This document shows positions 1 through 11,333 of a stretch of 64,000 nt of DNA, one piece after another; the first letter of the stretch is position 1, and each line of letters starts with the position of its first letter. A program made the translations under genes and the position numbers. The DNA is from Kiritimatiellia bacterium (GTDB lineage Bacteria; Verrucomicrobiota; Kiritimatiellia; JAAZAB01), in contig JAXGPF010000003.1 of NCBI GenBank assembly GCA_040767085.1, positions 352,001 through 416,000 on the forward strand, given 5' to 3'. The notes under the pieces were generated by a model that saw only the letters and a program-made list of their open reading frames with translations, was not told the origin of the DNA and did not search any database.

Positions 1-54
1 GTAGGCCACCAGGTTGCCCTGGCGTTTGATGATCTGGGCAATTTTATCGGTCAT
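1..54 (-). CDS. 5' end (partial) of a probable ATP-cone domain protein, e.g. ribonucleotide reductase; continues beyond the window
   Basis: Own translation from ATG at 54 gives MTDKIAQIIKRQGNLVAY. The IIKRxG..V.Y pattern is typical of ATP-cone N-termini. Only 18 codons are visible. Confidence 0.5.
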   Translation of the reverse strand, partial: MTDKIAQIIKRQGNLVAY

Positions 55-267
55 GGCTGAGTCTTTTTTCAAAATGTTCGGAATTCAGGGTTGCCAGAGG
101 TTGAATCAGGTTCAAAGGTTGTCTGGGTTCGGCATTGGTTTTACACAACCTTCCGTTCCTGCCACGCAAGGTGGCAGGGGACGATTTTTGAAATTGGATC
201 CTTTCTTGGGAATTGCCGCCAATGTAAGGATTTTCACCGCGGAATTCAAGCGCTTCCGCAGCCCGCC

Positions 268-2289
268 TTAATCGGAACGCGGCCCGACACTGGACATGTC
301 TATCCGGCGGAAGCCCAGGGCAAAAGCCGGCGACCCGGGGTCAAGGGCGAAATTGCCCCGCGCCGGATCGGCAAAACGCGGGTCTGCCACGCGCGAATGC
401 CGGTCCAGGGGCAGGGTGGAATCGAAACTGCTGGCGGCTTCGCGGTTCGGCATTTTCGTCCAGACGCGCCTTTGCCATTCATCGAATTTCCAGCGCCCGA
501 ACATGACCGGCTGCCGGCCGGCGCGCCAGTATAGGTTGTCAGCGAAGATTGTGTCGTAGCTGTCCCATTGGTCGCGGGTGAACAATTTACCCGCGGTCCA
601 ATAGACGATATTGCGCATGAACACATTGGGGCGGTCGGTGTCAAATCCCAGCTGCGCGGTTTTTCCCAGGGCGAAGATGTTGTTGACTATGATGTTGCCG
701 GTGGTGAACACCTGCGCCCGGATACCGGGACCCAGGGTATGGTGCACAATGTTGTTTTCCACCACGACCCCGCAGGTGGCGCCATCCAGGTAAATTCCGC
801 GGCTGTCGGAATAACCGTAAATATCATGAATCAGGTTATTGCGGATCATGGTGCCCGGCGCTATGCCCAGGGTATAAATGCCGCCGCCATCGCTAAGCGT
901 CCGCTTCATCAAGTGATGCACATGGTTGAACTCGATAATGTTGCCGGATGTCCGGTTGGCAGCGTATTCCCAATCCCAGCCGACGGAAATGCCGGTGTAA
1001 TAAAGATCATGCACCTCGTTGTGGGCGATGCGATTGTCATGGCCGCGTCCGACCCAGATGCCGACTGCGCCGAGATATACCCGGCCTCCGGCATGGATAT
1101 GGTTGTCGGTCACATGATTGCGGCAGGCATCCTCCTCCTCCCCGCCGCGCAACACGCTCTCGCCGATTTTGACGCCGCCGGCGCCCAGGTCATGCAGATG
1201 ATTGCCGGCAATGGCATTATCCTGGCATCCCCGGCCGAACTCCACGGCGTAATTGCCCACATGCGCGACTTCGCAGTTTTCAATCCGGCAATGCCGCGCT
1301 CCTGCGGCGGCAATCACGCCCGGCACGTCATATGCCGCCTGGAGCCCCGGGTACCCCCGTCCTGTCAAATTCCAGTCGGCATGCTGGAATGACAACCCCT
1401 GGAAGTGGATATGTTGCACGAACTTGCCGGATTCGGGCCGGCCGGCCAGACGCACCAGCTGTGCGAGCGCCGGCGCCTCGACTTCCGCGTCGCGCGGATT
1501 TTCGCCCCGCAGCGGCCAGTAATAAAGTTTGCCGGCGCGGCGGTCCAGGTACCACTTGCCGGGGCCGTTCAAGCCGGCGCGGATATTGTCCACAAAGAAC
1601 CGCCGGTGGCCGGCGATCGGCCACTTGGCCGGAGTTTGCAGGCGGATGGCGCCGGTGGTCGGACTGAATTCCGCCACGCGCGAGCGTGAAATCTCCCAGC
1701 GATGCAGCACGACGATTTCCGCGTCCGTCATCTCTCCCCAGCGTTGCAGATCGGCCGGCTGGCCGTAAAATCCGCGGCAGTTGCGCGGGTCACGGGCGGC
1801 TTGCGGATGCAACGCGGCGGCCACGGGATAGTACCTTTCCGGATCCGGCAGGCGGGCGCGGCAGCGTCGGACGCCATTGACGAACAACTGGCGAAAATAT
1901 TTTTTGCCTGACTTGACGTCCGGCAAATCGGCGACCCAGAGATTCCTGCCGCGGCGGCGCCAGCCGCCAATGCGCCAGCCGCCGCTGATGACCGGCCGGG
2001 CCGCCGGCGCGGCCGCATAAATCACAGGCGCATCCGCCGCGCCGGAATCGGCGGGCTCGAACACCAGCGGCCGCGGGAGGCGGTACGTGCCGGCGCCGAG
2101 AATCACCCGGATGGGGACGGCCTGGCCCGGCCGCGCTTTCAAAACCTGCCTGACAGCCTGCTGCGCCCGATGCAACCCGGCAAACGGGCCGTCCGTGCCG
2201 CGGGCGTCCGGCTCCGGCAACCGGCCTGACCAGCGGTCATTCCCATTCTGCGCGACATGAAAAACAATTTCTTGCATGGCAACATCCAA
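268..2289 (-). CDS. Right-handed parallel beta-helix protein (pectin-lyase-like fold; GH141-like architecture)
   Basis: N-terminal FHVAxxGNDxWSG...DGPFA motif, QLFVNG, and repeated NHIH/NEVH/NLIHD coils with DGGGIYTLG. True start may be MQEIV near 2277. Confidence 0.8.
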   Translation of the reverse strand: MDVAMQEIVFHVAQNGNDRWSGRLPEPDARGTDGPFAGLHRAQQAVRQVLKARPGQAVPIRVILGAGTYRLPRPLVFEPADSGAADAPVIYAAAPAARPVISGGWRIGGWRRRGRNLWVADLPDVKSGKKYFRQLFVNGVRRCRARLPDPERYYPVAAALHPQAARDPRNCRGFYGQPADLQRWGEMTDAEIVVLHRWEISRSRVAEFSPTTGAIRLQTPAKWPIAGHRRFFVDNIRAGLNGPGKWYLDRRAGKLYYWPLRGENPRDAEVEAPALAQLVRLAGRPESGKFVQHIHFQGLSFQHADWNLTGRGYPGLQAAYDVPGVIAAAGARHCRIENCEVAHVGNYAVEFGRGCQDNAIAGNHLHDLGAGGVKIGESVLRGGEEEDACRNHVTDNHIHAGGRVYLGAVGIWVGRGHDNRIAHNEVHDLYYTGISVGWDWEYAANRTSGNIIEFNHVHHLMKRTLSDGGGIYTLGIAPGTMIRNNLIHDIYGYSDSRGIYLDGATCGVVVENNIVHHTLGPGIRAQVFTTGNIIVNNIFALGKTAQLGFDTDRPNVFMRNIVYWTAGKLFTRDQWDSYDTIFADNLYWRAGRQPVMFGRWKFDEWQRRVWTKMPNREAASSFDSTLPLDRHSRVADPRFADPARGNFALDPGSPAFALGFRRIDMSSVGPRSD

Positions 2290-2293
2290 AAAA

Positions 2294-5080
2294 TTACGGC
2301 ACAGTCAATACCACCGGACCCACCCGGCCATACCCGGAGGCCGAAAGCCAGACGTACCAGCCGCCGCTGGCATCCACTACGGCCGGGTCCGCCCGCCCAT
2401 CTCCGTCGTAGTCCCCGGCCGCCGGCGCGCCCGCAATACCCAGGGCGTAAGGTCCGCCAGGCGCGTACCCGGACCGGGAAAACCATACATGCCAGTTCCC
2501 GCCGGCATCCGTCACCGCCGGGTCCGCCAGCCCATCCCCGTCGTAGTCCCCGGCCGCCGGCGCGCCCGCAACGCCCAGGTTGTACGGCCCGCCAGGCGTG
2601 TATCCGGATCGGGAAAACCATACATGCCAGCTCCCGCCCGCATCCACCACCGCCGGGTCCGCCAGCCCGTCCCCGTCGTAGTCCCCGGCCGCCGGCGCGC
2701 CCGCAACGCCCAGGTTGTACGGCCCGCCAGGCGCGTACCCGGATCGGGAAAACCATACATGCCAGCTCCCGCCCGCATCCACTACCGCCGGGTCTGCCAG
2801 CCCGTCCCCGTCGTAGTCCCCGGCCGCCGGCAGCCCCCCTGTCCCCAAGCCAACCGGGCCGCTGCGCGCATACCCGGCGCCGGCAAACCACACAAAGCAA
2901 TTGCCGGCTGCATCCATGGCGGCTGGATCGGTCCGACCGTCTCCGTCGTAATCGCCGGCCATCGGCGCATAATCCCACACGCGCACCTGGCATGCCACGG
3001 TGTTGGAAGAACTGATATTGATCAGGGTCGGCTCGGTCTCGCAAATCCATGTCACCATGCCGGTGCCGACGGCCATGACGCTCAAACTATCCAAACTGAT
3101 GGCCCGCACCACGGCCGCCGCGGCGTGTGTGCTCAGCCTGGCCGTGACCCGCCGTCCCGCAATCCCGCCGTGATGGACCGCCATGGCGTTGGCGTCAAAG
3201 CCGGGGCTTACCGTTATGGATTCGCGGTTGGTGATGACCGGCAGATCGTCCAGCCTGACGCAATGATAGCCGCCGAACCACAATGCTTCCTGCCCGGCCG
3301 CATTGGTGACAGCCCGCACGCTCCCGTCGCTGCGCGAAGTCAAGCCGGCCGCAAACGCCAGCTTATCGTCCACCGGCGCCAGGGTGATGCTGCCGATGCC
3401 CGACAGGGAAAGAATCCCATTGGATGCGCTGAGGATCAAACCGCTTGGCGAACCGGCCGCAAGGTTGTAATCGGAATACAGCAGGTTATCGGCCAGCCAG
3501 ATGGTTTCGCAGCGGTTCGACCAGGCGGCGGAAATAGCCGGCGGAGTATAGCGCGCGCCGTACAAATATTCGGCATACCCGCCGTACATCAGCCGGTTTT
3601 TATCCGTGCCATCGCAACCATAGGCAATGATTATGTCATGTCCGGCCCGATTGGTGAATGCCAGCTGCAGTTCCGGTTGGCCGGGAATGAAAAATCGCCC
3701 GTTGGCATGCGGACGGTAATTCGTCGTCGCCGCGGAATTGTTCTGGACGTTATGCACGCACGACAAGGAGCCGTTCGTCTCGGCGGTAAACCAATCCACC
3801 CCGTTCTTGGTCACGTAATATCCCGCGGCCGCCTGCAGGGCGGCGTAATCCAGGTTGGTTTCCGCCGGCGCCGGCATGGGCGGGATCGGCGGACGGTCCA
3901 GGCCGGCTTTTTCCTTCACCGCGTAAGCTAATACCTCGCGCACTACCGCCAGCGTCATGTTGTTGGCACAGTTGATGTTCACGAAAATGCCCAACTGCTG
4001 GTCCGGCAACACCTCCAACAAGGCCTCGAACGTGCTCGTGGACCCGTTTTTCGCCCAGGTCCGGCCGGCATAATTCAGCGCCGGATCGTCCACCGTGTCC
4101 AGCCCCAGCCCGGTCTTCAGATAATTATCAACGTCCAACGGCCCGGGCACGGTGTGCACCAGATGGAAAAGCGCATTGGTTGACAGATACCGGCTGCCGT
4201 TGAAAACGCCCTCCGCCAGGAGCATTTTGATTGCATTCGCCATGTCCAGCGGACGGGAATAAGCCCCGCCCGTGGCCGGCATGTTGGCCAGCATCAAGGG
4301 CGCGGGCGCGCCGTCCGCGCTGTATCCCACCGCCAGATTTTCCGCAACCGCGGCCTTGCCCGGCAGAAATGACGAATAAGGCATGTGCAACGGCCCAAAC
4401 ACGCGGTTTTCCGCGACGGCGGTATAATCCGCGCCAGCGTGTCGCGCGATGGCTTCGCCCACTATATTGAAGCCGCTGTTGCAATAACTGACAAACAGTC
4501 CCGGCGGATACAGGGGGTACGCCTCCCGGAAGTATTCAACCAGCCATCTGGTGTAGTCCGGCCAGTAGGGAGCATGTCCAAACGCCCTGTTAAAAATATC
4601 GCCGGGAATCCCGGAACGGTGATCCATCATGGCGCGTAAAGTCCAGGCGGCGGCTTGCCCGGCAAACCGCGGCAGCATGGAAAATTCCGCCACGTAATTC
4701 GTCACGTTGGCGTCAAGATCAAAAGCGCCTTCATCAACCAATTGCAGCGCCATGAAAGACGTCAGCAGCTTCGATACCGACCCGATCATCATGACGGTGT
4801 TGGTGGTGGCCGGTATGCCGCGCTCCAGGTCGGCATACCCGAACGCTTCGGCCCAGACCACTTCCTGGCTGTTCACCAGGGCAAGCGTCAGCCCGGGAAT
4901 GTTATGTTCCGCCATCAGGTTGGTTATATAGGCCCGGCCGGCAGCGATGGTGTTGGTTAGCCCGGCGCCCGCGGCGGAATGCCAGCACAAACACCCCGCC
5001 AGCCACACCACGGCCGGTTTTGATAAAACTGCCCGAACCGGCATACAATCTCTCCAATTTTTTCCAAATTGCATATTCAA
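2294..5080 (-). CDS. Secreted serine hydrolase (beta-lactamase class C/AmpC-like fold) with C-terminal DYDGDG (FG-GAP/VCBS-like) repeats
   Basis: SxxK (GSVSK), YxN (YCN), HRSG and a signal-peptide-like N-terminus. Five GDYDGDG repeats at the C-terminus. Confidence 0.85.
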   Translation of the reverse strand: MNMQFGKNWRDCMPVRAVLSKPAVVWLAGCLCWHSAAGAGLTNTIAAGRAYITNLMAEHNIPGLTLALVNSQEVVWAEAFGYADLERGIPATTNTVMMIGSVSKLLTSFMALQLVDEGAFDLDANVTNYVAEFSMLPRFAGQAAAWTLRAMMDHRSGIPGDIFNRAFGHAPYWPDYTRWLVEYFREAYPLYPPGLFVSYCNSGFNIVGEAIARHAGADYTAVAENRVFGPLHMPYSSFLPGKAAVAENLAVGYSADGAPAPLMLANMPATGGAYSRPLDMANAIKMLLAEGVFNGSRYLSTNALFHLVHTVPGPLDVDNYLKTGLGLDTVDDPALNYAGRTWAKNGSTSTFEALLEVLPDQQLGIFVNINCANNMTLAVVREVLAYAVKEKAGLDRPPIPPMPAPAETNLDYAALQAAAGYYVTKNGVDWFTAETNGSLSCVHNVQNNSAATTNYRPHANGRFFIPGQPELQLAFTNRAGHDIIIAYGCDGTDKNRLMYGGYAEYLYGARYTPPAISAAWSNRCETIWLADNLLYSDYNLAAGSPSGLILSASNGILSLSGIGSITLAPVDDKLAFAAGLTSRSDGSVRAVTNAAGQEALWFGGYHCVRLDDLPVITNRESITVSPGFDANAMAVHHGGIAGRRVTARLSTHAAAAVVRAISLDSLSVMAVGTGMVTWICETEPTLINISSSNTVACQVRVWDYAPMAGDYDGDGRTDPAAMDAAGNCFVWFAGAGYARSGPVGLGTGGLPAAGDYDGDGLADPAVVDAGGSWHVWFSRSGYAPGGPYNLGVAGAPAAGDYDGDGLADPAVVDAGGSWHVWFSRSGYTPGGPYNLGVAGAPAAGDYDGDGLADPAVTDAGGNWHVWFSRSGYAPGGPYALGIAGAPAAGDYDGDGRADPAVVDASGGWYVWLSASGYGRVGPVVLTVP
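2330..2965 (-). repeat. Intragenic 135-bp (45-aa) tandem repeat, about 5 copies
   Basis: The anchor CGTCGTA recurs at 2404, 2539, 2674, 2809 and 2944 (exact 135-nt period). The central copies are near-identical. Confidence 0.95.
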
Positions 5081-5130
5081 CCTCCAGTAACCGCTGAACT
5101 TTGCACCTCACGGAACCATTTCTGCCTGGC

Positions 5131-7617
5131 TTATTGCTCGATATTGATGCGGCAGTTGGACCCGCGGCCTTTAACCTCGATCACCGCCACCCGGTTGCGC
5201 CGGAGAGCGATCCGGACCTTTTTGCCGTAAATTGAAAAAAGCGCCTCCGCCGGCCCGGCGCGGTTGTGCCAATCGGTCGCAACGGCAAAAATCCGGCAAC
5301 ATGCGCCGGCACGCGGCGCGCCGGGGTAAACAAAGTAATTGATTTTTTCGCCCGCCAGCAGCCGGATGTCGCGCGGCAACCGTCCCGCCAGATCGCGCAA
5401 CGTGGCGTTGATGAGCAGGTAAACCGTCGGGGCTTTTGCATAATCCGCCAGATTGAACAAATACACCCGCCCGCGGCCCAGCCGATGCTCGACCAGGAAA
5501 GGGAAACCCGAAAACGATTCAACTATAATCGGCCGGGCGCGGCGTCCGGCCAGCCGAAGATTGCGCAACATGGCATTATAAGTTCCCATGTCCATATAAA
5601 ACGGCGTTTCCGGCTGCCGGCGGATCAGGCGGTCGGTCTCCGGAAAATCCCCGCGCCGGACGCGCGGAATTTCCAGCCGGTTGATGGGCGCGTCGGCGCG
5701 ATCTGGCGTTCCGTCAAATTCCACGCCGCACAAGGCGCGCAGCCGGCCGGGATGGATGTGCGCGCAAGGATCGTCCACGCATGTGCTGGATGTCAAATGG
5801 GGCAGCAGAACCGTCAGAATTCCGCCCTGCCGGACGTAACGCATCAATTTCGCATGCGTATCGGCCGTCATGGTGTTCCAGCCAGACATGATCAGCATTC
5901 TGCACTGCCGCATGGCGGCCGGTCCGGCTTCCACCGGCATGATGTCGGCCTGGCCGAACGGCGTGTGCGAAACCATATCCTCGCAACAACGGGGACGGCA
6001 AAAGTTCGCGGCATTGCCTGTTGCGGGCCACATGGGGAAATCCGGATAACACACCTCCAAATTCATCCAGGAGCAGCCGGCATAGCCGGCGTTTGTGAAA
6101 AACGCCGGGTTGATATGCGCGCTGGAAATATCATGCTTGCCCTGCAGGTAGGCGATGTCCGCGGCCGGCTGGCCGCGCAGCCGGTGCCGGCCCGCGAAAT
6201 CTATCAGGCCGCGTTGGATGGACCGCACCTCCGCTACCACCGGATCGTCCCACTCCCGCTCTCGCGTCAGCCGGTGGTAAAACGCTCCGGACTCGGAATA
6301 GATCGTCCGCGCGCCGCCGAGATACAGCAGGTATTGGGTCAGCCACCAGATATTCAGGCGTTTGCGGTCAAAATCCGGGTCCAGCCGGGCATGCTGGGAT
6401 CGCGTTGTCAAGCCGCCATAGCATTGGCATTCCCATGAATTGATGGCGCCCCATTTGTCAATTCCACAGGCCCGGGCCGCCCCGCGCGCGGAAGCCATCA
6501 TCAGCAACGCGCGGCTGCCCAGCAATTCGATGGCCGGAAAAGACGCGCCCGCCGCCAGGTAATAGCGGTGATAAAAACTCGGATCGGTCTCCCAGACCAG
6601 GGCCCCGGGCGCCAAGGCGCGGATAGGGCGCATGATGGTCCGCCGGAATAGTTCGGTAAAGGCGCGGGTGATTTTCCCCAGATCGCGATTCCGGGCTTCC
6701 AGCGCGACCTTGAGCATGGTCCCATGCTGTTCGTGCGGAGCGAAGCCCAGGAAATTCGGCCCCAGCGCGCGGATGAGCCGGCGCAGCCGCCGGTTGTATT
6801 CGGCTTCCGTAAATTGATGGGATTGCGGGCCGGCATAATTGAAATGGTTGCGGATGGCTACGGCCAGGCCGGCCTGCCGGATCAGCCCGGTATTGATCAA
6901 GGCCGGATCGATCTCGCAGAAATGGGAGTTGAACAGGAACGCCAGCAGGTTGCCCTGCCGCTCCAGGCTGAAAAGCCGGATCGTGCGGGAAAAATCGTCC
7001 TGCGATAACTGCACGCCCTCATGCCCGCCGACCAGGTGGCCCAGCCAGGTGCCCGCGGGAATGCCTGCCGGCGGCTGAAGTTTTCGATTCTCAAACGCCA
7101 GCACCTGCACATCGCTGATCCGGTAAGTTGTGTTATCCAGCAATTTTTGCGGAATGGCCATGCGCGCCGTCGGCAGTGGACGGAACGGCCGGGTGTGATT
7201 GAGTAGCACGAATTCGTTTTTGCCGGGGCGGATTGCGCCCGGCTCCAAATCAATTTCCAGGGCCGGCCAGAACCGCCAGGAGCGGTAATTCATGAATTGC
7301 CCCGTGCCCCGGAACACCCGCCGGCCGTTCAACCGCACTTCGAATTCGCCCCAGGTCTTCAAGTCCACCGAGTTGTAAAACGACAGCGGCATCTCCCGGA
7401 GCATGTCCCACATGCCGCGGATGCGGAACACGCCCCGCATGTTGCCCGACGGATAAGGCCAGGAAAAATTGCCCATGACGGAATTCCGGCGCAGGCTGAT
7501 GCACAAGCGCGGCTCGGAATAGCGCTTGGTGACGACATCATGCGCCTGGAACACCGCGCGCGGCCCGCCGGACAGGCGCGCGGCATCAATCACAACCTTG
7601 TAAAATATCACTGCCAT
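5131..7617 (-). CDS. Large hypothetical protein, possibly glycoside-hydrolase-like with a C-terminal beta-galactosidase-trimerisation-like domain
   Basis: About 830-aa ORF in the dominant orientation. C-terminal LMRYVRQGG.L...LRALCG and HRLGRGRVYL segments resemble class-I-GAT-like domains. Start is uncertain (7617 or 7635). Confidence 0.6.
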   Translation of the reverse strand: MAVIFYKVVIDAARLSGGPRAVFQAHDVVTKRYSEPRLCISLRRNSVMGNFSWPYPSGNMRGVFRIRGMWDMLREMPLSFYNSVDLKTWGEFEVRLNGRRVFRGTGQFMNYRSWRFWPALEIDLEPGAIRPGKNEFVLLNHTRPFRPLPTARMAIPQKLLDNTTYRISDVQVLAFENRKLQPPAGIPAGTWLGHLVGGHEGVQLSQDDFSRTIRLFSLERQGNLLAFLFNSHFCEIDPALINTGLIRQAGLAVAIRNHFNYAGPQSHQFTEAEYNRRLRRLIRALGPNFLGFAPHEQHGTMLKVALEARNRDLGKITRAFTELFRRTIMRPIRALAPGALVWETDPSFYHRYYLAAGASFPAIELLGSRALLMMASARGAARACGIDKWGAINSWECQCYGGLTTRSQHARLDPDFDRKRLNIWWLTQYLLYLGGARTIYSESGAFYHRLTREREWDDPVVAEVRSIQRGLIDFAGRHRLRGQPAADIAYLQGKHDISSAHINPAFFTNAGYAGCSWMNLEVCYPDFPMWPATGNAANFCRPRCCEDMVSHTPFGQADIMPVEAGPAAMRQCRMLIMSGWNTMTADTHAKLMRYVRQGGILTVLLPHLTSSTCVDDPCAHIHPGRLRALCGVEFDGTPDRADAPINRLEIPRVRRGDFPETDRLIRRQPETPFYMDMGTYNAMLRNLRLAGRRARPIIVESFSGFPFLVEHRLGRGRVYLFNLADYAKAPTVYLLINATLRDLAGRLPRDIRLLAGEKINYFVYPGAPRAGACCRIFAVATDWHNRAGPAEALFSIYGKKVRIALRRNRVAVIEVKGRGSNCRINIEQ

Positions 7618-7727
7618 ATCCCTGAAGGCGGGCACCAGCCCGCAATTTCACCGGCATTATGATCGCTGCCGGCTTTCCATGCCAACGCCGATTTCACTGG
7701 ATTTTGCCAAAAGCCAGGGCTGCGTCA

Positions 7728-10700
7728 TTACGGATCGAACGGCGTCGGCGCCGTTCCCTGTTCCAGTTGGATGGCGTCCGCCCAGAGTGTTCCGCCTTCC
7801 AGCAACGCCAGCGCGAATGTCGTATAACGCGAGGCATGCGCCGGCATGGTGAACGGCACATAATAGCGTTCCCACTGCGTCGTTACCGCCACATCCCTGG
7901 CGCCGCCGGGCGTGGTCAGCCGGGCGGGCAGCCCATCCCGGCTGCCCTTGAGATAAATCGAAAGCACGTACGGCGTCGGCCGGTCATGCTGCGGCCCCAG
8001 CCGGCAATATACGCTCCGGCCACGCTGGCCTGCCGGGGCTTGCAGGCGGAACGACACCTTGCCCTCGTAAGGATTGTTTTCGTCCAGAAACAGGTTGGGA
8101 TTGGACCGTCCGACGCGTTGCTCCGGATGCCAGGCCATGCCGGAAGCCTGGGGAAACCAGTAATCGGGATAATGCGGCAAAGTCGCCTCCTCGAACCCGG
8201 GATTGGGCATAACGTTGCGATGTCCCGACCGGCCGGCGGCCGGCGTCTCGTTTTCTACCCGCGCCAGCCCGGGATGCGGGATGGCCTCTACGGATACAGC
8301 CAGCGGCGGCGGCATGGCGTCCGCCTGAAACAGGTAGGCGCGCGTGGCCAGCGGTTCCAGCCGCTCCGTTAAACAGCCATCGCGGAGCGCATGCGTTTTA
8401 CCGGAGAATAGCTGTTGCGCCTCTCCCGCCAATCCCGGCCAGGGCAATGTCATTTCCATGTCCACCGGATAAAGCGCGCTGTTGGCCGCCAGGACCAGGT
8501 ATCCGCGCCCGGCAACGTATTTGACGCTTACATGCAGGTCGCGCGCGCCAGGATCGGACGCCGGCACAGACCTGCCGCCGGCCCGGTATTCCAGTTGCAT
8601 GGGGACAGGCAACGTGACCAGCCAGGGGGTCATTTCCCTGATCTCGCGGCCCAGCGCCGCCAGGCCGTCCCAGGTGGCCTGATGGATGACCGGGTAGATG
8701 AAATACAGAAATCCGGATGCGCCGTAAATCAGGCTGAGATATGTCTGGCTGCGTTGCTCGTCCGGCGCGGTCAGGCGCTTGAAATGCCGCGAACCGCAAT
8801 GCTCCAGCACGGGCGTAGGCCAGACCGGCTTGCGTTCCACCAGCGCGCGTTGGAACATTTCATCCGTCTGCATGCCGGCAAAAAGCGGAGAAGTCCGTCC
8901 GCCGCCAACCGGCGGCACCCAGTAGGGATCGCGCGAGATGATATCGCGCCAATCAGTGTATTTTTCATCCGGCGGGGGCAAATCGGCATTCCACAATACC
9001 CGGACTGGATGGTATCCGTCCAAGTCGTTGACCATCCCGTAAAGCTTGCGCCCCTGGATATAATGATCGAAATAGCGCTCAACGGACGGTTCGTCGAAGG
9101 AATCGTAAAACGCCAGGGCGGGATGGCTGCGCACCGACATGATGCCGGCGCGGATGAATGGCGCCGCCTGGTCAAAGACTTCGGCAAACCGGCGCGATTT
9201 TTCACTGCGGCTGAGATTGACCATTTGCGGATGGGCCGCCATGTCCATCTTCAAAAAAGTCAATCCGCGGTAAGGCCAGTTGAGCCAGGCAGTTTGCGGC
9301 TGAAAAACCGCCCCATCGCCGAACATCTCCAACCGTAACCCGAAGTGCAATCCGTATTTCGCCGCCAGGTCCATGGCCGCAACGAGCTGCCCATTGGAAG
9401 CGGCCGTGTTCCAATACACCCAGGTGTTGATTCCGGCGGCTGCGAGTTCCTGGAGGTTGGTTTCGAAATTCGCCGCGCATTCCTCGATCCGGTGGCCGTA
9501 AAGCACGCCGTAAACAAAGACTGGCCGGCCGTCATGCAGGAGCCGGCATTGCTCGCGGTCAATTTTCCATTCATGCCCGGGATTTGGCGCGCGTTTCACC
9601 AGTTCCAACTCCGCCCGGGCCAGGGATGGGGACGCCGCGGCGCCGGCTTGCAGGTTCAAAGTCAGCGGGTAATTTCCGCAGGGCAGATCGGAAAGATTTG
9701 CCTCCACCCTGGTCAGCGCGCCGGTCACCGGCGCGGTAAAGTTCAACGCGGACACGCCCGCCGTGCAAGTAATGCTGAAGTTTGACCAACTCGCCGGCGG
9801 CAGGCCGATCCGGCAGACGATGCCGGCCGCTTTCTCGCCGGTGTAATAACTGCGGTCGGCATACGCGGAAAACACATCCAAGACCGGCATTTTTTCAACG
9901 ACGGTCTGCAGCCATGAGGCATCCGGCTCGTTTTCCGGAATCAATTCCACCCGCAGGCGGCGCGCGCCGGTGTTTTGCACCGGCATGGCAAAGGTCACGC
10001 TGCCGGTGGCGCCGGCCGCCAGGCACAAGGTGTTGGTGTATTCCCTGGCGGCGCCCGCACCGGGCAGATCGGCCGCCGCCACCTTGACGGCGCCGGTTTG
10101 CGCGCCCAGGTTGCGCACCGACACCGTGGCGCCATAAGCCAAACCGCTGGCAGTTACCTCATATCCATGGACCTGCAGCTCTTCATACTTGGGGAGAAAC
10201 GGCAGGCTGCCGGTCCGGGCGAATGGCGCGGCCGCGGCAAAGCAATCGGAGGCGTACCACCATACCGGGGGCGCCGGCTGCCAGCTCAGTACTTCGCGAT
10301 ATTCGCCGATTTCCACGGCCATCGGATCGAGCACGGGATAAATTACATGCGCCACGATGTTCAAGCCCATGGTTTCGGAAAACTGCGACCATTGCGCCAG
10401 CGGCGGCACCGGAATGGCGATCTCAGCGCGCCAGCCCTGGGGATTGGTCTTGGCGCTCGAACGCCAGGGAATGCTCCAGGCCGGCTTGATGCCCCGCGTT
10501 TTCAACACATAAACGTCGGACTTGACGTTATGGGCGCTCACCCGAAACAGGTACCAGCCGCCCGGCCGGCCACGCCCCGGGTCCAGCGCAATCTTGATGC
10601 AATTCTCGCCCTGGATATACCCGTCATGTTCCAGCGCCTTCGGGAATATCCGCGACGGCTCGGGGTGCGTGATATCGGCGGCCACATAAAGCCAGACGTC

Positions 10701-10968
10701 GTCGCGCAGCAGGCGGACGGCGGCATTCGTGGCCGGACGGTTTGAATGCGTCAATGAAACGAACTGTAAAATCTCCCGGGCCTGCCGCCAGCAGGGCTCG
10801 GAAAAATCCGCGTCGATCACGGGCGGGATATCGCAGCGCGGTATGTCCGCCAGCGGCGCGCCCGCGGTCAAGGCCGCCGGCGCGGCCAACAGGAGCGCGC
10901 CGGCCAGTAAGCTGGCGGCGCTTTTTATCCGCCCGGCGATGGGTCTGTTCATTCCGCTTCTGGCATTC
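7728..10968 (-). CDS. Secreted multidomain carbohydrate-active protein (CBM9-like N-domain, TIM-barrel GH-like core, C-terminal CBM4/9-like domain)
   Basis: Signal-like segment, PPVIDADFSEPCW and WRAEIAIP (CBM9/DOMON-like), FDEP and SLIYGASG core, and NPGFEE...WADAIQLE C-terminal module. Start is uncertain (10968-11039). Confidence 0.65.
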
Positions 10969-11119
10969 ATAGTCCCCCGGCGTTTTTCAACCAGTCTGAC
11001 GCGGATTATTCTAACACACGCCGCGCGCCAGGCAAGCAATCCCAGTAGCGTTTATTTGAATTCCAGTATCATCGTCAGCCCGTTCCGGGCCGGCGGCGGG
11101 GATCGGGCGCGGCGCAATA

Positions 11120-11169
11120 TTTGGAGTGCGGCGGCAGGACGCCGCTTTCCCAAGCCGCCGCAGTCCAAA
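11120..11169. repeat. REP-like inverted repeat (TTTGGAGTGCGGCGGC family)
   Basis: 11120-11135 pairs with 11154-11169 at 15/16. Confidence 0.8.
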
Positions 11170-11333
11170 AATCAGGGCAAGACCAAATTCCATCTCAAGC
11201 GGCATGCTTGCGGATTGTGCTACTGGATTGCAACTAAATGATATTCGCTTTGATTGCCTAAGAGCGCACGGCATGATAAACTGTGCGCTTAAACGGGATC
11301 AGCGTTTTCCCAGCGATCTCCAGGAGCGATCAA

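Noticed and set aside
2330-2965. Possible CRISPR or non-coding array
   Set aside because: The period is 135 nt, in frame within a CDS, with the whole unit conserved.
2294-5080. Antibiotic-resistance beta-lactamase
   Set aside because: The SxxK/YxN fold is shared by many esterases and peptidases. The size and extra domains do not support a resistance call.
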